DNA of 64,000 nucleotides from an uncultured virus (IMG/VR IMGVR_UViG_3300008624_000520). Lineage: Duplodnaviria > Heunggongvirae > Uroviricota > Caudoviricetes. The DNA lies in the IMG/VR virus record IMGVR_UViG_3300008624_000520, positions 1 to 64,000 of that record, one strand, 5' to 3'. The notes below the pieces were generated by a model. That model ran no database searches. It was not told the origin of the DNA and was given only the letters and a program-made list of their open reading frames with translations. Numbering within the stretch: position 1 is the first letter of the stretch; each line of letters opens with the position of its first letter. This document shows positions 18,707 to 27,711 of the stretch, in pieces. The position numbers were made by a program, and so were the translations under genes.

Positions 18707-19817
18707 ATATCTTTTCCATTATAGGTGTAGGTCCACAAACATCATAACACTCTAATATTCTATTACCTTCCCATCTCTCATAAACAGGACGAAAAGGATC
18801 ACTATCTAATATCTCTTTTAATGACATCTCATTTAGATTATTATGTACATCTTTAAAAACATCTTCCATTTGCCACTGCTGTATTCTACCTACTATCCTG
18901 TTCTTTAAATACTTTTTACTCAAGTGGCCAAAGAAACTACATGGCCAGACAGAGCCATCACAATTAATTCTCAGCTCGTTGCCTCCTCCTAGTGAGTGAT
19001 TAGCAGCACAAGTGATACAGCCTGGTTTATCTTTATATAATGTTTCTACTCTATCCTTATAGTCTGCGTAGTCTAATGTGTCTGTATTAATTAGATTTAT
19101 AAAATCAACAGACCTCTGTGGAATCTCGTTTATATCTCTGCCTGTTGCTGGAAAGATCTCATATTCTATATTATAATCCTTATCCCTAGCAGGCATAGGG
19201 CCTCCTTCAAAGCCATTAGGATTTTTAAATCTTATCTCAAATCCCAACCAGTCTGCCATCTCTTTAGCTTCTTTTAACTGATGTTCGTTGTGTTTAAACT
19301 TTAGAAACTCCCATATACCTGTAGCTCCTGTCTGTGAGTAGGAGTACATGTTATTTCTAACCTTATTCCACTTTACATTCCTTCTGTATATGTGATTAGT
19401 ATCTTCTAGGCCATCTACTGAGAATATAACATATCTGCTGTGGTTCTTTTCAAATAACTCGCCTAAAGATATCCAAAAAGGTGTCGTTTTCATACCACCA
19501 TTGGTATTAATTTGTATAGCGGAGTCAGGTCGTACTTCTGTGATATGTTCGAGAATAGGAAGAAGTTCTGGACATGTGCAAGGGTCACCATAATCTCCTG
19601 CAAATGTCCAGAAGTTTATTTGTTTTATAAAGTCCTTAGGAAAGTGATCCTTGAATCGTTGAAGGGTGTAAGCCTCTTCAACGATATTGGGATTAAGATT
19701 GGGCGAGAAGTTGTTGTACCTAGGACACCAAGGACATATAGAATTACAAAGAGTTGATACTTCTAAATGTACAGCACGGATATTTTCGTATATCCAATGT
19801 TTATTGGGTGAAGTCAA
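18681..19817 (-). CDS. Radical SAM protein with a SPASM/twitch-like C-terminus
   Basis: CNSICPWC, GDYGDP, TNGG, FSVDG and INCDGSVWPC. Confidence 0.88.
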   Translation of the reverse strand: MTSPNKHWIYENIRAVHLEVSTLCNSICPWCPRYNNFSPNLNPNIVEEAYTLQRFKDHFPKDFIKQINFWTFAGDYGDPCTCPELLPILEHITEVRPDSAIQINTNGGMKTTPFWISLGELFEKNHSRYVIFSVDGLEDTNHIYRRNVKWNKVRNNMYSYSQTGATGIWEFLKFKHNEHQLKEAKEMADWLGFEIRFKNPNGFEGGPMPARDKDYNIEYEIFPATGRDINEIPQRSVDFINLINTDTLDYADYKDRVETLYKDKPGCITCAANHSLGGGNELRINCDGSVWPCSFFGHLSKKYLKNRIVGRIQQWQMEDVFKDVHNNLNEMSLKEILDSDPFRPVYERWEGNRILECYDVCGPTPIMEKIYESADNRR

Positions 19818-20334
19818 CTTTAGCCTTCAACTCTTCCATCTTTTTGGAAACGTCTTTGGCTTTATAGCTTTTCTTTTTAGGTTTAACATATTCTGTTATG
19901 CCTAAATCTCCTAAGATACCTTCTAACTTAGGATATAATGCTATCAGTTGCTGATCTTTCACTGCTGTTATAAACTCAGCTTCTTTATGATGTACACCTT
20001 CTATAATTGACATCCAATTCATCTCTTGTTTCCAAGGTGGGAGGTTCTTAATGTTGGCATTAGGATCTGTGAACTGTTTAATTCTACGAAATTCTAATGT
20101 CAGTGTTGTTTCACCCATACCATCAGGTATATCATCTTCTATCTTTGTAGCGTCTGGTTTGCCTTCTGGTAGACCCCAATCAATTTGTTCAGCTCCTACA
20201 CCCCATCTTACAAATGGGACGATAGTTTGATTGCCTGCTGCAATCTCTTTAATTCTATCTACTTGGTTCTTTTTGCCTCTAGCTTCAAAGACCCAATCAA
20301 AAGCCTCATTGAGTTGTCTGAATTTCTGTGCCAT
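19801..20334 (-). CDS. Conserved T4-like hypothetical protein downstream of rnh
   Basis: W.LPEG.P and IIEGVH.KEA motifs; syntenic position. Confidence 0.65.
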   Translation of the reverse strand: MAQKFRQLNEAFDWVFEARGKKNQVDRIKEIAAGNQTIVPFVRWGVGAEQIDWGLPEGKPDATKIEDDIPDGMGETTLTLEFRRIKQFTDPNANIKNLPPWKQEMNWMSIIEGVHHKEAEFITAVKDQQLIALYPKLEGILGDLGITEYVKPKKKSYKAKDVSKKMEELKAKVDFTQ

Positions 20335-20335
20335 G

Positions 20336-20605
20336 TTACTTTGCCTGTTTGATAAATGCGTCTATCATTTTAGCTTTCGTTTCTCTGGCATCCAATTTAA
20401 TACCTTGTGCAGCAGCTGTATCATCTATCTGCTTTTTAGTAAGCTTCTGAAGATCTGTTTTGCTGGGTGCAACATTGTCTATTGGTTTGGGAGTTGGTTT
20501 TACAGCTTTGACCGTAGCTTTCTTCACTACATCAGGTTTATTATAACCTAGTATCACTGCTAAAACTATTACTCCAATAAAGATATATAGAGCTATATTT
20601 TCCAT
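20336..20605 (-). CDS. Membrane-anchored small protein with a C-terminal helical (Rho-N/SAP-like) motif
   Basis: TM segment, then LTKKQI...GIKLD..ETKAKMI. Confidence 0.6.
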   Translation of the reverse strand: MENIALYIFIGVIVLAVILGYNKPDVVKKATVKAVKPTPKPIDNVAPSKTDLQKLTKKQIDDTAAAQGIKLDARETKAKMIDAFIKQAK

Positions 20606-20624
20606 TTTGTATTACCTTTCATTA

Positions 20625-21527
20625 TTAAAAATCATCTATTACGTCAATCAATCCTTTCATTTTATGTTCAATAAAATAGTTTAATAACTGACTTCTATCA
20701 CCACCGCGTTGTGTGGTGTAATTATTTATAATAGCTTCTTTGATGTCTTCTGGTGTTTTGGTTAAGTCAATTAGCAAAGAATTACGGTTATAACCGTGTG
20801 CCATGTGTCCTTTTACAAATTCTTCTGGTTTCTGTGCTTTCCACTCTGCTAATTTGGTCTTTCTAATAGGGCTTTGACGTTGGCCTTTCACAAACACATC
20901 ATCTGCTGATAATATATTAGGTACTCCGTCACCCTTATCACCTCTAATAATATGTTCTAATAAGACTTGATGTGCTGGCTCGTTAATCTTAACCCATTTC
21001 TTTTGTGCTGGTGCCCATTGTTTAACATTAGCCCATTTCTGTAGTTGTTTAAAGTCGTGATCGCCTGAGACTATAAGAAAAGGATCAGGTATATGTTCAT
21101 CAAATGGTAACTGTCCACTTTCCTCTGGACTTGTGCCGTGTGTTTGACTGTATTCTGCTAGTGTACCTATAATATCATCTGCCTCAGCTCCGTCTACATC
21201 TATAACAGGATAAGGAAATACTTCTGCTAACTCATCTCTAACCAAGTTGAGTGCGTCAAATATCATATTCCAATCTAATTGACTAGCTTCCCGTGATGAT
21301 TTTCTGTTTGCTTTATAATAAGGAAATACTTGCCGTCTCCAATAATGTCTGTTATCACATGCTATTACTAGCTCGCCATATTCACTCCCCCAACGCTTCT
21401 TATAAGAGCGTATGGTGTTTAATATCATATGTCTAAGCAAATCTAAATGTACTTCAACATCAGGACGTCCTCTCGTCTCTGCCATAAACGAACCTATTGC
21501 TGTTTGATTATAGTCTACAACAATCAT
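20625..21527 (-). CDS. rnh: T4-like RNase H (5'-3' exonuclease)
   Basis: IACD..HYWRR..FPYYKANR, EADDIIG, SGDHDFKQL and GDKGDGVPN. Confidence 0.93.
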   Translation of the reverse strand: MIVVDYNQTAIGSFMAETRGRPDVEVHLDLLRHMILNTIRSYKKRWGSEYGELVIACDNRHYWRRQVFPYYKANRKSSREASQLDWNMIFDALNLVRDELAEVFPYPVIDVDGAEADDIIGTLAEYSQTHGTSPEESGQLPFDEHIPDPFLIVSGDHDFKQLQKWANVKQWAPAQKKWVKINEPAHQVLLEHIIRGDKGDGVPNILSADDVFVKGQRQSPIRKTKLAEWKAQKPEEFVKGHMAHGYNRNSLLIDLTKTPEDIKEAIINNYTTQRGGDRSQLLNYFIEHKMKGLIDVIDDF

Positions 21528-22639
21528 TAGATAGCCTTTAAGATTAGCATGTGAGGATTAATACGGGTTTTAACTTTCATTTTCTTACCTCGTATCTTAT
21601 CTACATAAGGACTGATAGCCTTAGGTCCTAGTTTCATAAATCCTTTTAGTTGTTCTTCATGCTTCCTTAGTGTTTTCTCATAAGATAATTCTGTATCATA
21701 GCCTGTAATAGACGTTCCTTTAACACCTAAACCACCTGCCATTCCAGATGTGTAGAGTCCTAGACGTTTTCTTTTTGTGTCATATACCCATACTTCTGTG
21801 CTACCTAATATATCTACAGGATTAATAGATGCTATATTCAAGTCTTTATTAGCTTTCATATGTCTTAAGCGAGAAACAATCTTACGTGGATCTTGTGGCT
21901 TCTTACGTCTAACTGCCTTCTTCGGAGTTGCTCCTAATTGCAACATGTCTAATAGTTCTTTTAAATGCTCTACGATCTTTCTGGCATTAGGTTTATTAAT
22001 ATGACTATAACCTTCGACTAACTGTTCATCCCAGTCTGATCTATCTCTAATATTACGAACTCTAACAAGCTCTACGAACTCATCATAAACATATGATATT
22101 TCCTTATGAGCCTGACTACACTCTTCCTTATTAAGATTAAGAGATCTAAGTAATGACTCATTCTCCATTACCTTTTTACCTGTACTTAATCTATCTACTA
22201 TCTCATCAATAGCACCTATGAATATTGGTAGCTCATTCCTTATTGGAACGACTGTCATAACCTTTCTATGTTCTTTTTCTTTTTTATATTTTTCAGCAGT
22301 CTGGTCAAAGTATGGTAATTTGCTGTAAATGTATTCCCTTTGAGATTCTAACATCCAACCCACTTTAAGAGCCCACCAAGTATATTTTGAAATAGTTAAA
22401 AAGGCCCAATCAGGAGCTGCCAATGTTCTTTTAATCTCATCTTTAGTCCAGCCGGATTCTTTTTTAACCCATTCCCTAAAAGACTTATAACATTCTTTAT
22501 TAGGTATTTCTTGATGTATGAAGTAATCAGCTTCTTTATATATCTTAGCTCTGTCTTCTTCGGTTACTGCGAGGCTTGCTTTGCCCCAATTAGGTTCAGG
22601 TAACAGATATACCTGACGTTTACGTTTAGTTCGTGCCAT
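21527..22639 (-). CDS. Conserved T4-like hypothetical protein
   Basis: C-terminal WVYDTKRKRLG...KTLRK block; own promoter and RBS. Confidence 0.7.
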   Translation of the reverse strand: MARTKRKRQVYLLPEPNWGKASLAVTEEDRAKIYKEADYFIHQEIPNKECYKSFREWVKKESGWTKDEIKRTLAAPDWAFLTISKYTWWALKVGWMLESQREYIYSKLPYFDQTAEKYKKEKEHRKVMTVVPIRNELPIFIGAIDEIVDRLSTGKKVMENESLLRSLNLNKEECSQAHKEISYVYDEFVELVRVRNIRDRSDWDEQLVEGYSHINKPNARKIVEHLKELLDMLQLGATPKKAVRRKKPQDPRKIVSRLRHMKANKDLNIASINPVDILGSTEVWVYDTKRKRLGLYTSGMAGGLGVKGTSITGYDTELSYEKTLRKHEEQLKGFMKLGPKAISPYVDKIRGKKMKVKTRINPHMLILKAI

Positions 22640-22669
22640 GAAAGGACTCCTTTATTAATCATACTACTA

Positions 22670-22698
22670 ATTATAAGACCTCGTGAAGTAAAGGTCAA
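22670..22698 (-). promoter_or_regulatory. Sigma70-type promoter TTGACC-17-TATAAT
   Basis: Near-consensus. Confidence 0.8.
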
Positions 22699-22714
22699 CG
22701 GTCTAGAGTACCAA

Positions 22715-23056
22715 TTATTCTGAGCTTTCTTCTTGCCAGGTAGATGTTTGTGGTTTGGGTGTTGTTGTTTCACCTAAGAACTTCCAGTTAAGGACTCTGT
22801 CATATGTGACTGTCCTCCAACCTTCTGCATCCACATCATATACTACTAACTGCCCTGGTTTTGATCTAGACACTTGCGTGGTACTTAATTCAGGAATAAC
22901 ACCAGGCTTTAAAGTGCAATTCATTTCTCTTACACTTCCATCCACCTTATGAAATCTAAACTGTCCGTACCCTAATTTTAACAACCCTTCTACCTCTTGG
23001 CGGTAGTCGTCATCGTTACGTCTAGGCTCATACCCTTTCTCTTCTATGTTAGGCAT
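22715..23056 (-). CDS. WYL-like/SH3 beta-barrel protein
   Basis: F.KVDGSVREMNCTL...VYDV..EGWR. Confidence 0.7.
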   Translation of the reverse strand: MPNIEEKGYEPRRNDDDYRQEVEGLLKLGYGQFRFHKVDGSVREMNCTLKPGVIPELSTTQVSRSKPGQLVVYDVDAEGWRTVTYDRVLNWKFLGETTTPKPQTSTWQEESSE

Positions 23057-24617
23057 CTTTCTTCTCCTTCAATTTTTGATCTATTAACCATTGTAATTCT
23101 TTCTCTTTAACTGGGTCCATCTTAGATTCTTCACCGTATTTTGCTGGTAGCCAATCGTCTTCTGTTGGTTTAAAATTATCTAGCACTTGATTCTCTTCTA
23201 TTTCTTGCCACTTCAACGTTCCTTTCATCTGCTCTGGTTCTAATGTAGTATCTTCTTCTAAGAACATATCGATATGCATGTCTTCTGTTACTTTAACAGT
23301 TTCTGGACCTAGCTCGTAATAGTCTCCTCTATCTACTGATCCTTTAGCTTGCCAGGACTCTGGGTCAGGCTTGTCTGTTGATGATATACCTACTTCTGGC
23401 ACTGATTCCTTCTCAACAACATCGTCATCTAATCTTACAGGTGTTATCCTTCCACCCATTCTCTCTTTTATACTAAGGTTTGCTGCTATAACTAGAATTA
23501 TAGCTAATGGGTCAAATACAAATATTAATAATAGTATAAGGATTACTACAGCTCTATCAATATTTTCTGTTGTATCGTCGCCGTAAAGAAATTGTGCTAC
23601 ATATCTCACAGGGCCAACTTCCTTGTCTAAATCTCTTACAATAGCTCGTTCCTCAAACAAGTCCTCATTGTATGCTCCTATTTGGTCGTATGCCTCGTCA
23701 ATAGTGGCCTGGATCTCATCTATTTGTATGTCTCTAGTTGCTGAACTCTGACTCTCATTTTCCCTTAACCTGTTTATCTCATCATTAGCTCTGTCTATGT
23801 CGCCTTGTGTGGTTTCTCTATATTGTACAATTTGGTTACGATAACCTGCTATTTGTTCCTCAGCATAACGTCTAAGTTCAACTATATCTGCGTCTATCTT
23901 TGCTCTTTCCTCTCTTTGGCTCTCTCTTACTTGTAAACCTAATGCCACATTGTCAACAGTCTCGTCTCTTCTAAAAGCTCCTGTGTCTGTTGTCGTAGTA
24001 CCTTGGTTAGTATAAGATGCAACTATAGCGTCTAAACCGTCAAGTTCTTGTTGTTTTTGTGCTAAATCTGTGTCCAAACTAGCCCTAATTTTGTCTATTT
24101 GTTCCTCAGAGTACTCTATGTCGCCTTGTATTCTTTCCCATGCCGTATCTCGTATCTCTTCCTGTTGACGTATGCTTTCTGTTACATCAAGAGTAGAACC
24201 TTGTTGGATTCTTAGTATTCTATCCTCAGCTGCTGCTATTTTGCCATTTTCTCGTTCTATTAGTTGTTCAACGCGCTCTACTTTTGCTTGTGCATCACCT
24301 GAAACTGCTGCCTGATCTAAATGTGCTTTAGATAGGAACCCGAATATACCTATTGATGTTATGATGGATAGCACTACGACAGATGTAACCATGTAGCTCT
24401 TCATTAAGAGACTGGTGCGTTGCCAATACTGATATATCCATGATGCTGTAACAAGTTTAGCAATTTCTAATACAACACCCATAGATAAAATAGCCATAGG
24501 TAGTGCTGAGAATATAGCCATAAGTCCTACGATGGAGAAGTACGCAGCTACTGCTGATACAGCTAGTGCTGAGAATACTGTTCCTATAATAAATGTCATA
24601 CTTCTAGTCTGAAACAT
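23049..24617 (-). CDS. Multi-TM membrane protein with a long coiled coil
   Basis: N-terminal TMs (S..AAYFSIVGL, LEIAKLVTASW, GIFGFLSKAH), EVGP.RY.A and FDPLAI. TAATG overlap supports a 24617 start. Confidence 0.75.
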   Translation of the reverse strand: MFQTRSMTFIIGTVFSALAVSAVAAYFSIVGLMAIFSALPMAILSMGVVLEIAKLVTASWIYQYWQRTSLLMKSYMVTSVVVLSIITSIGIFGFLSKAHLDQAAVSGDAQAKVERVEQLIERENGKIAAAEDRILRIQQGSTLDVTESIRQQEEIRDTAWERIQGDIEYSEEQIDKIRASLDTDLAQKQQELDGLDAIVASYTNQGTTTTDTGAFRRDETVDNVALGLQVRESQREERAKIDADIVELRRYAEEQIAGYRNQIVQYRETTQGDIDRANDEINRLRENESQSSATRDIQIDEIQATIDEAYDQIGAYNEDLFEERAIVRDLDKEVGPVRYVAQFLYGDDTTENIDRAVVILILLLIFVFDPLAIILVIAANLSIKERMGGRITPVRLDDDVVEKESVPEVGISSTDKPDPESWQAKGSVDRGDYYELGPETVKVTEDMHIDMFLEEDTTLEPEQMKGTLKWQEIEENQVLDNFKPTEDDWLPAKYGEESKMDPVKEKELQWLIDQKLKEKKDA

Positions 24618-24964
24618 TAGTTTACTCCCCAATTTCTCCAAGTGGCCTGGTCTCTTGTTTTAGGCGACCATTCAATTGGTTGGAAATCTTTTAAGTGGCT
24701 GGCTCTTAATCTAACATGTAGCATATCATTAACACAAAACTCATCATCTCTTTGTTGCCATTGCAATAAAAACTCTTGCATCTTCGCAGGTGCACGTGAT
24801 GAATATTCTGCTATGATTTCTTTTGTTAATGTCTGCGTACATTCTTTAACAACCTTTGAACTACCAAAGTATTTCTCAAATAGTTTATCTGTCTTGCAGG
24901 AATATCCAATATAATATCTTCCGTCTGGAAAATAAGTACAATATACTCTATGTTTTTTAGCCAT
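24617..24964 (-). CDS. Stand-alone GIY-YIG nuclease-like protein
   Basis: RVYCTYFPDGRYYIG...YFGSS. Confidence 0.65.
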   Translation of the reverse strand: MAKKHRVYCTYFPDGRYYIGYSCKTDKLFEKYFGSSKVVKECTQTLTKEIIAEYSSRAPAKMQEFLLQWQQRDDEFCVNDMLHVRLRASHLKDFQPIEWSPKTRDQATWRNWGVN

Positions 24965-24968
24965 ATGA

Positions 24969-25301
24969 CTATTTATGTGTTCTTTTACCGTCGAAAACAC
25001 AGACAAAGTATAGATCTTCAGTACCGTCGTTAATAACTTGATGAAAGTCTCCATCCTCTATTAACTTAATATCACCTGCTTTGACTGGCCATTTAGCCTC
25101 TTCTATCTTTATTTTGCCTTCGCCTTCCACAAAAATATAAACTTCTTCTTGCCCAGGATGTGTATGTCCTGTTGTTCGTTTGCCTGGATACAGTCGTGTA
25201 CTGCTTAATACCAAGTTGTTTAAGTGTGTATTGTCTTTTACTTCATAGGTATCGTTTGATTTAACGACCACACCACCTACGTCACTAATTGTTTGCTTCA
25301 T
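24969..25301 (-). CDS. Cupin-domain protein
   Basis: GHTHPGQEEVYIFVEGEG...FHQVIN. Confidence 0.8.
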   Translation of the reverse strand: MKQTISDVGGVVVKSNDTYEVKDNTHLNNLVLSSTRLYPGKRTTGHTHPGQEEVYIFVEGEGKIKIEEAKWPVKAGDIKLIEDGDFHQVINDGTEDLYFVCVFDGKRTHK

Positions 25302-25464
25302 ATTCTTCCTCATATATATCTTTCATTTCAAATGATTGCTCTTGTTCCAATTCTTCACCACAAAATGGACAGAACTTTAAGACGTAGAAGTGATGATCGT
25401 GATCATTTTCTAAATGACCAACACCCTCACATTTCATACATTCAAATCGATCTCTACCTTCCAT
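25285..25464 (-). CDS. 59-aa zinc-ribbon protein (C-M-K-C...FCPFCG)
   Basis: Translated by hand; directly downstream of nrdB. Confidence 0.65.
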   Translation of the reverse strand: MEGRDRFECMKCEGVGHLENDHDHHFYVLKFCPFCGEELEQEQSFEMKDIYEEEYEANN

Positions 25465-26455
25465 TCTTTGCAGCTCCCCAAACCTCTGACCAATCTCCTG
25501 TTAGAGCACCACGAGCATAATCGGTAGCTCTGTTCTCAAAGAAGTTTGTATGAGTAGGAGCGTTAATCATCTCCTCTACCCACAACAAAGGATTTCTTTT
25601 ATGTTTAAATATGCCTTTCATTCCCATTGCTATTAGCCTTCTATCTGCTATATATCTAATATATTTCTTAACTTCTTCTGGCGTCAAGTTCTCCATTGGA
25701 CCCATAGCAAATGCTAGATCAATAAACTTATCTTCTAGTTCAACCATCTTCTCTGCTATGTCGTAAATTTCTTTCTTTAATTTGTCCTTCCACAATTTTC
25801 TGTTCTCTTTTATATACTGTCTGAATAGTTTTATCATAGATTCAGCGTGCATTGTTTCATCTACGATGCTCCATGTTATTATTTGTCCCATGCCCTTCAT
25901 CTTACCGTGACGTGGAAAGTTTAGTAGCATTATAAAAGATGAGAACAGTTGCATGCCTTCAGTAAATGCTGAGAATGCTGCTATATTTGTAGCTACAGAC
26001 TCTGGTGTGCCGTTAGCATTAGCTAACTCCATGAAGTATTCATGTTTATCCGCCATAGATTGATATTCTAAAAACTCACTATAGGTAGACTCAGGCATTC
26101 CTAATGTCTCGATTAAGTGACTATAAGCTGCTATATGTAGTGCCTCCCGTGCTGCAAATCCTGATAACATCATACGAATTTCAGGTTGTGGAAAGTATGG
26201 AAGATAATTATTAACGTAACTACCTGCTACATCTATATCTCCTTGTGTAAAGAATCTAAATATATTTGTAAGGAAAGCCTTCTCAGGATCTGTTAGTTTG
26301 TCCTTCCAGTCCTTTACATCATCTGCCATAGGTACTTCTGTATGTATCCAATGTGATTGTTCGTGTTTAAGCCATGCTTCATACGCCCAAGGATAATTAA
26401 ATGGTTTAAAATATGTTCTCTCTTCTGTTAATCTTGCTTTTCTAGGCCGTGCCAT
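25454..26455 (-). CDS. nrdB: Ribonucleotide reductase class Ia beta subunit
   Basis: FFTQGD, EALH..AY, EGMQLFSSF, DETMH and NFFENRATDY. Confidence 0.95.
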   Translation of the reverse strand: MARPRKARLTEERTYFKPFNYPWAYEAWLKHEQSHWIHTEVPMADDVKDWKDKLTDPEKAFLTNIFRFFTQGDIDVAGSYVNNYLPYFPQPEIRMMLSGFAAREALHIAAYSHLIETLGMPESTYSEFLEYQSMADKHEYFMELANANGTPESVATNIAAFSAFTEGMQLFSSFIMLLNFPRHGKMKGMGQIITWSIVDETMHAESMIKLFRQYIKENRKLWKDKLKKEIYDIAEKMVELEDKFIDLAFAMGPMENLTPEEVKKYIRYIADRRLIAMGMKGIFKHKRNPLLWVEEMINAPTHTNFFENRATDYARGALTGDWSEVWGAAKNGR

Positions 26456-27095
26456 AGTCTATCTCTCCTGCTTCTTTAAACCCCCATTCTCTTTCCTTAC
26501 ACCAAAAACATTCACCACATCTTCCACGTATTAACTCTACGCAGCTATGTGAGAAACGACTTATATCATTCAATACATTAAATTCTTTTGCTAATAAGAC
26601 TATTTGATCTTTAGTTAAGTCTGCAAAAGGTTGTAAATATATCTCACTTATAGGTGTTCCTTCGTGTTTATAATCAGAATCTCTAGCTAATAGCCTGGGT
26701 CCTGGTGTGTGATAAGAACATAAGCTCTTATAATTAGGTGGATATTCATTTACTCCATTAAATAGAACATCTGCATAGCCATTGACTATTACTTCTTTCA
26801 TTCCACCTAGTAATTGTTGTTGTACTTCTTCTCCTTGATAATCTTGTTCCCTATTCCAGTCTACACCATCTGAGTTTATTACCCAAGGATGCAACTGTTT
26901 TGTTCCATAATAATCACAAGACCACTCTAACATTCTAGTAGCGTATGTTAATGCTCCATCTACTTTAGGTACTGTGAATGGAATACACTCTTGATTTCGT
27001 TCTAAACATTCTCCATAGACTATATGCCACAGGATAGAACTATCTAATCCTCCTGAGACCACAACACCTATCTTTTTATCCCTAGGTATTTGCAT
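26442..27095 (-). CDS. QueC-like PP-loop ATPase
   Basis: SGGLDS, PF..LTK and zinc site SC-x6-CGECFWC.ER. Confidence 0.7.
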   Translation of the reverse strand: MQIPRDKKIGVVVSGGLDSSILWHIVYGECLERNQECIPFTVPKVDGALTYATRMLEWSCDYYGTKQLHPWVINSDGVDWNREQDYQGEEVQQQLLGGMKEVIVNGYADVLFNGVNEYPPNYKSLCSYHTPGPRLLARDSDYKHEGTPISEIYLQPFADLTKDQIVLLAKEFNVLNDISRFSHSCVELIRGRCGECFWCKEREWGFKEAGEIDYGTA

Positions 27096-27711
27096 TTACA
27101 AATTTAACTCCTTCAAAATAACTATAATCTTCTTCATAAAAATTCATTACTGAATCAACTGTTTCTTCCCATGTCTTATGCAGTAAAAAATTCTCTGGCA
27201 TACGGTTTAATTTATATTTTAACCAGTCATAAGCTTTCTCATGATCTTCATCTACGTAGGCAAATCCTAATTTTTGTTTATACTCTAAAACTCCTGGCTC
27301 ATGCCACAATTCAGGTTGACTAATAGGATTGATTCTTTTATGACGCCGTAACCAATACCTATACATCTTCTCGCCTATTAATATTTCTTCTACGACATTT
27401 CTGTTATAAAGATAAACTCTTGCTAACTTCACGTCTATCATACTTACACAATCTTTCTGAAAGGTAAAGTGAGGGTCTTCAAAACTTTCAGGAATATCAT
27501 CTGAACCGCTGTCCACAACCATATTAATTGCACTCATCCAACGACTAAATGGATCTCTATATATTAAGAAACATTTATGAGAATCTGTTAGTCCTGCATT
27601 ACCTATCTCATGGTCTTCCATTACATATTTCATGGTCTGTGAAGCATTTTTATATATCCATAAAAAATGCTTGTCATAGTGAGGCGAATAGTATGTATTA
27701 CCATTCATCAT
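27082..27711 (-). CDS. Sulfotransferase family 2-like protein
   Basis: IYKNASQT (5'-PSB-like), RDPFSRWMS (3'-PB) and DPHF..Q. Confidence 0.65.
   Translation of the reverse strand: MMNGNTYYSPHYDKHFLWIYKNASQTMKYVMEDHEIGNAGLTDSHKCFLIYRDPFSRWMSAINMVVDSGSDDIPESFEDPHFTFQKDCVSMIDVKLARVYLYNRNVVEEILIGEKMYRYWLRRHKRINPISQPELWHEPGVLEYKQKLGFAYVDEDHEKAYDWLKYKLNRMPENFLLHKTWEETVDSVMNFYEEDYSYFEGVKFVNANT

Noticed and set aside
26442..27095. Complete 7-deazaguanine DNA modification pathway
   Set aside because: Only a QueC-like gene is visible; folE, queD, queE and dpdA were not recognised in this window.
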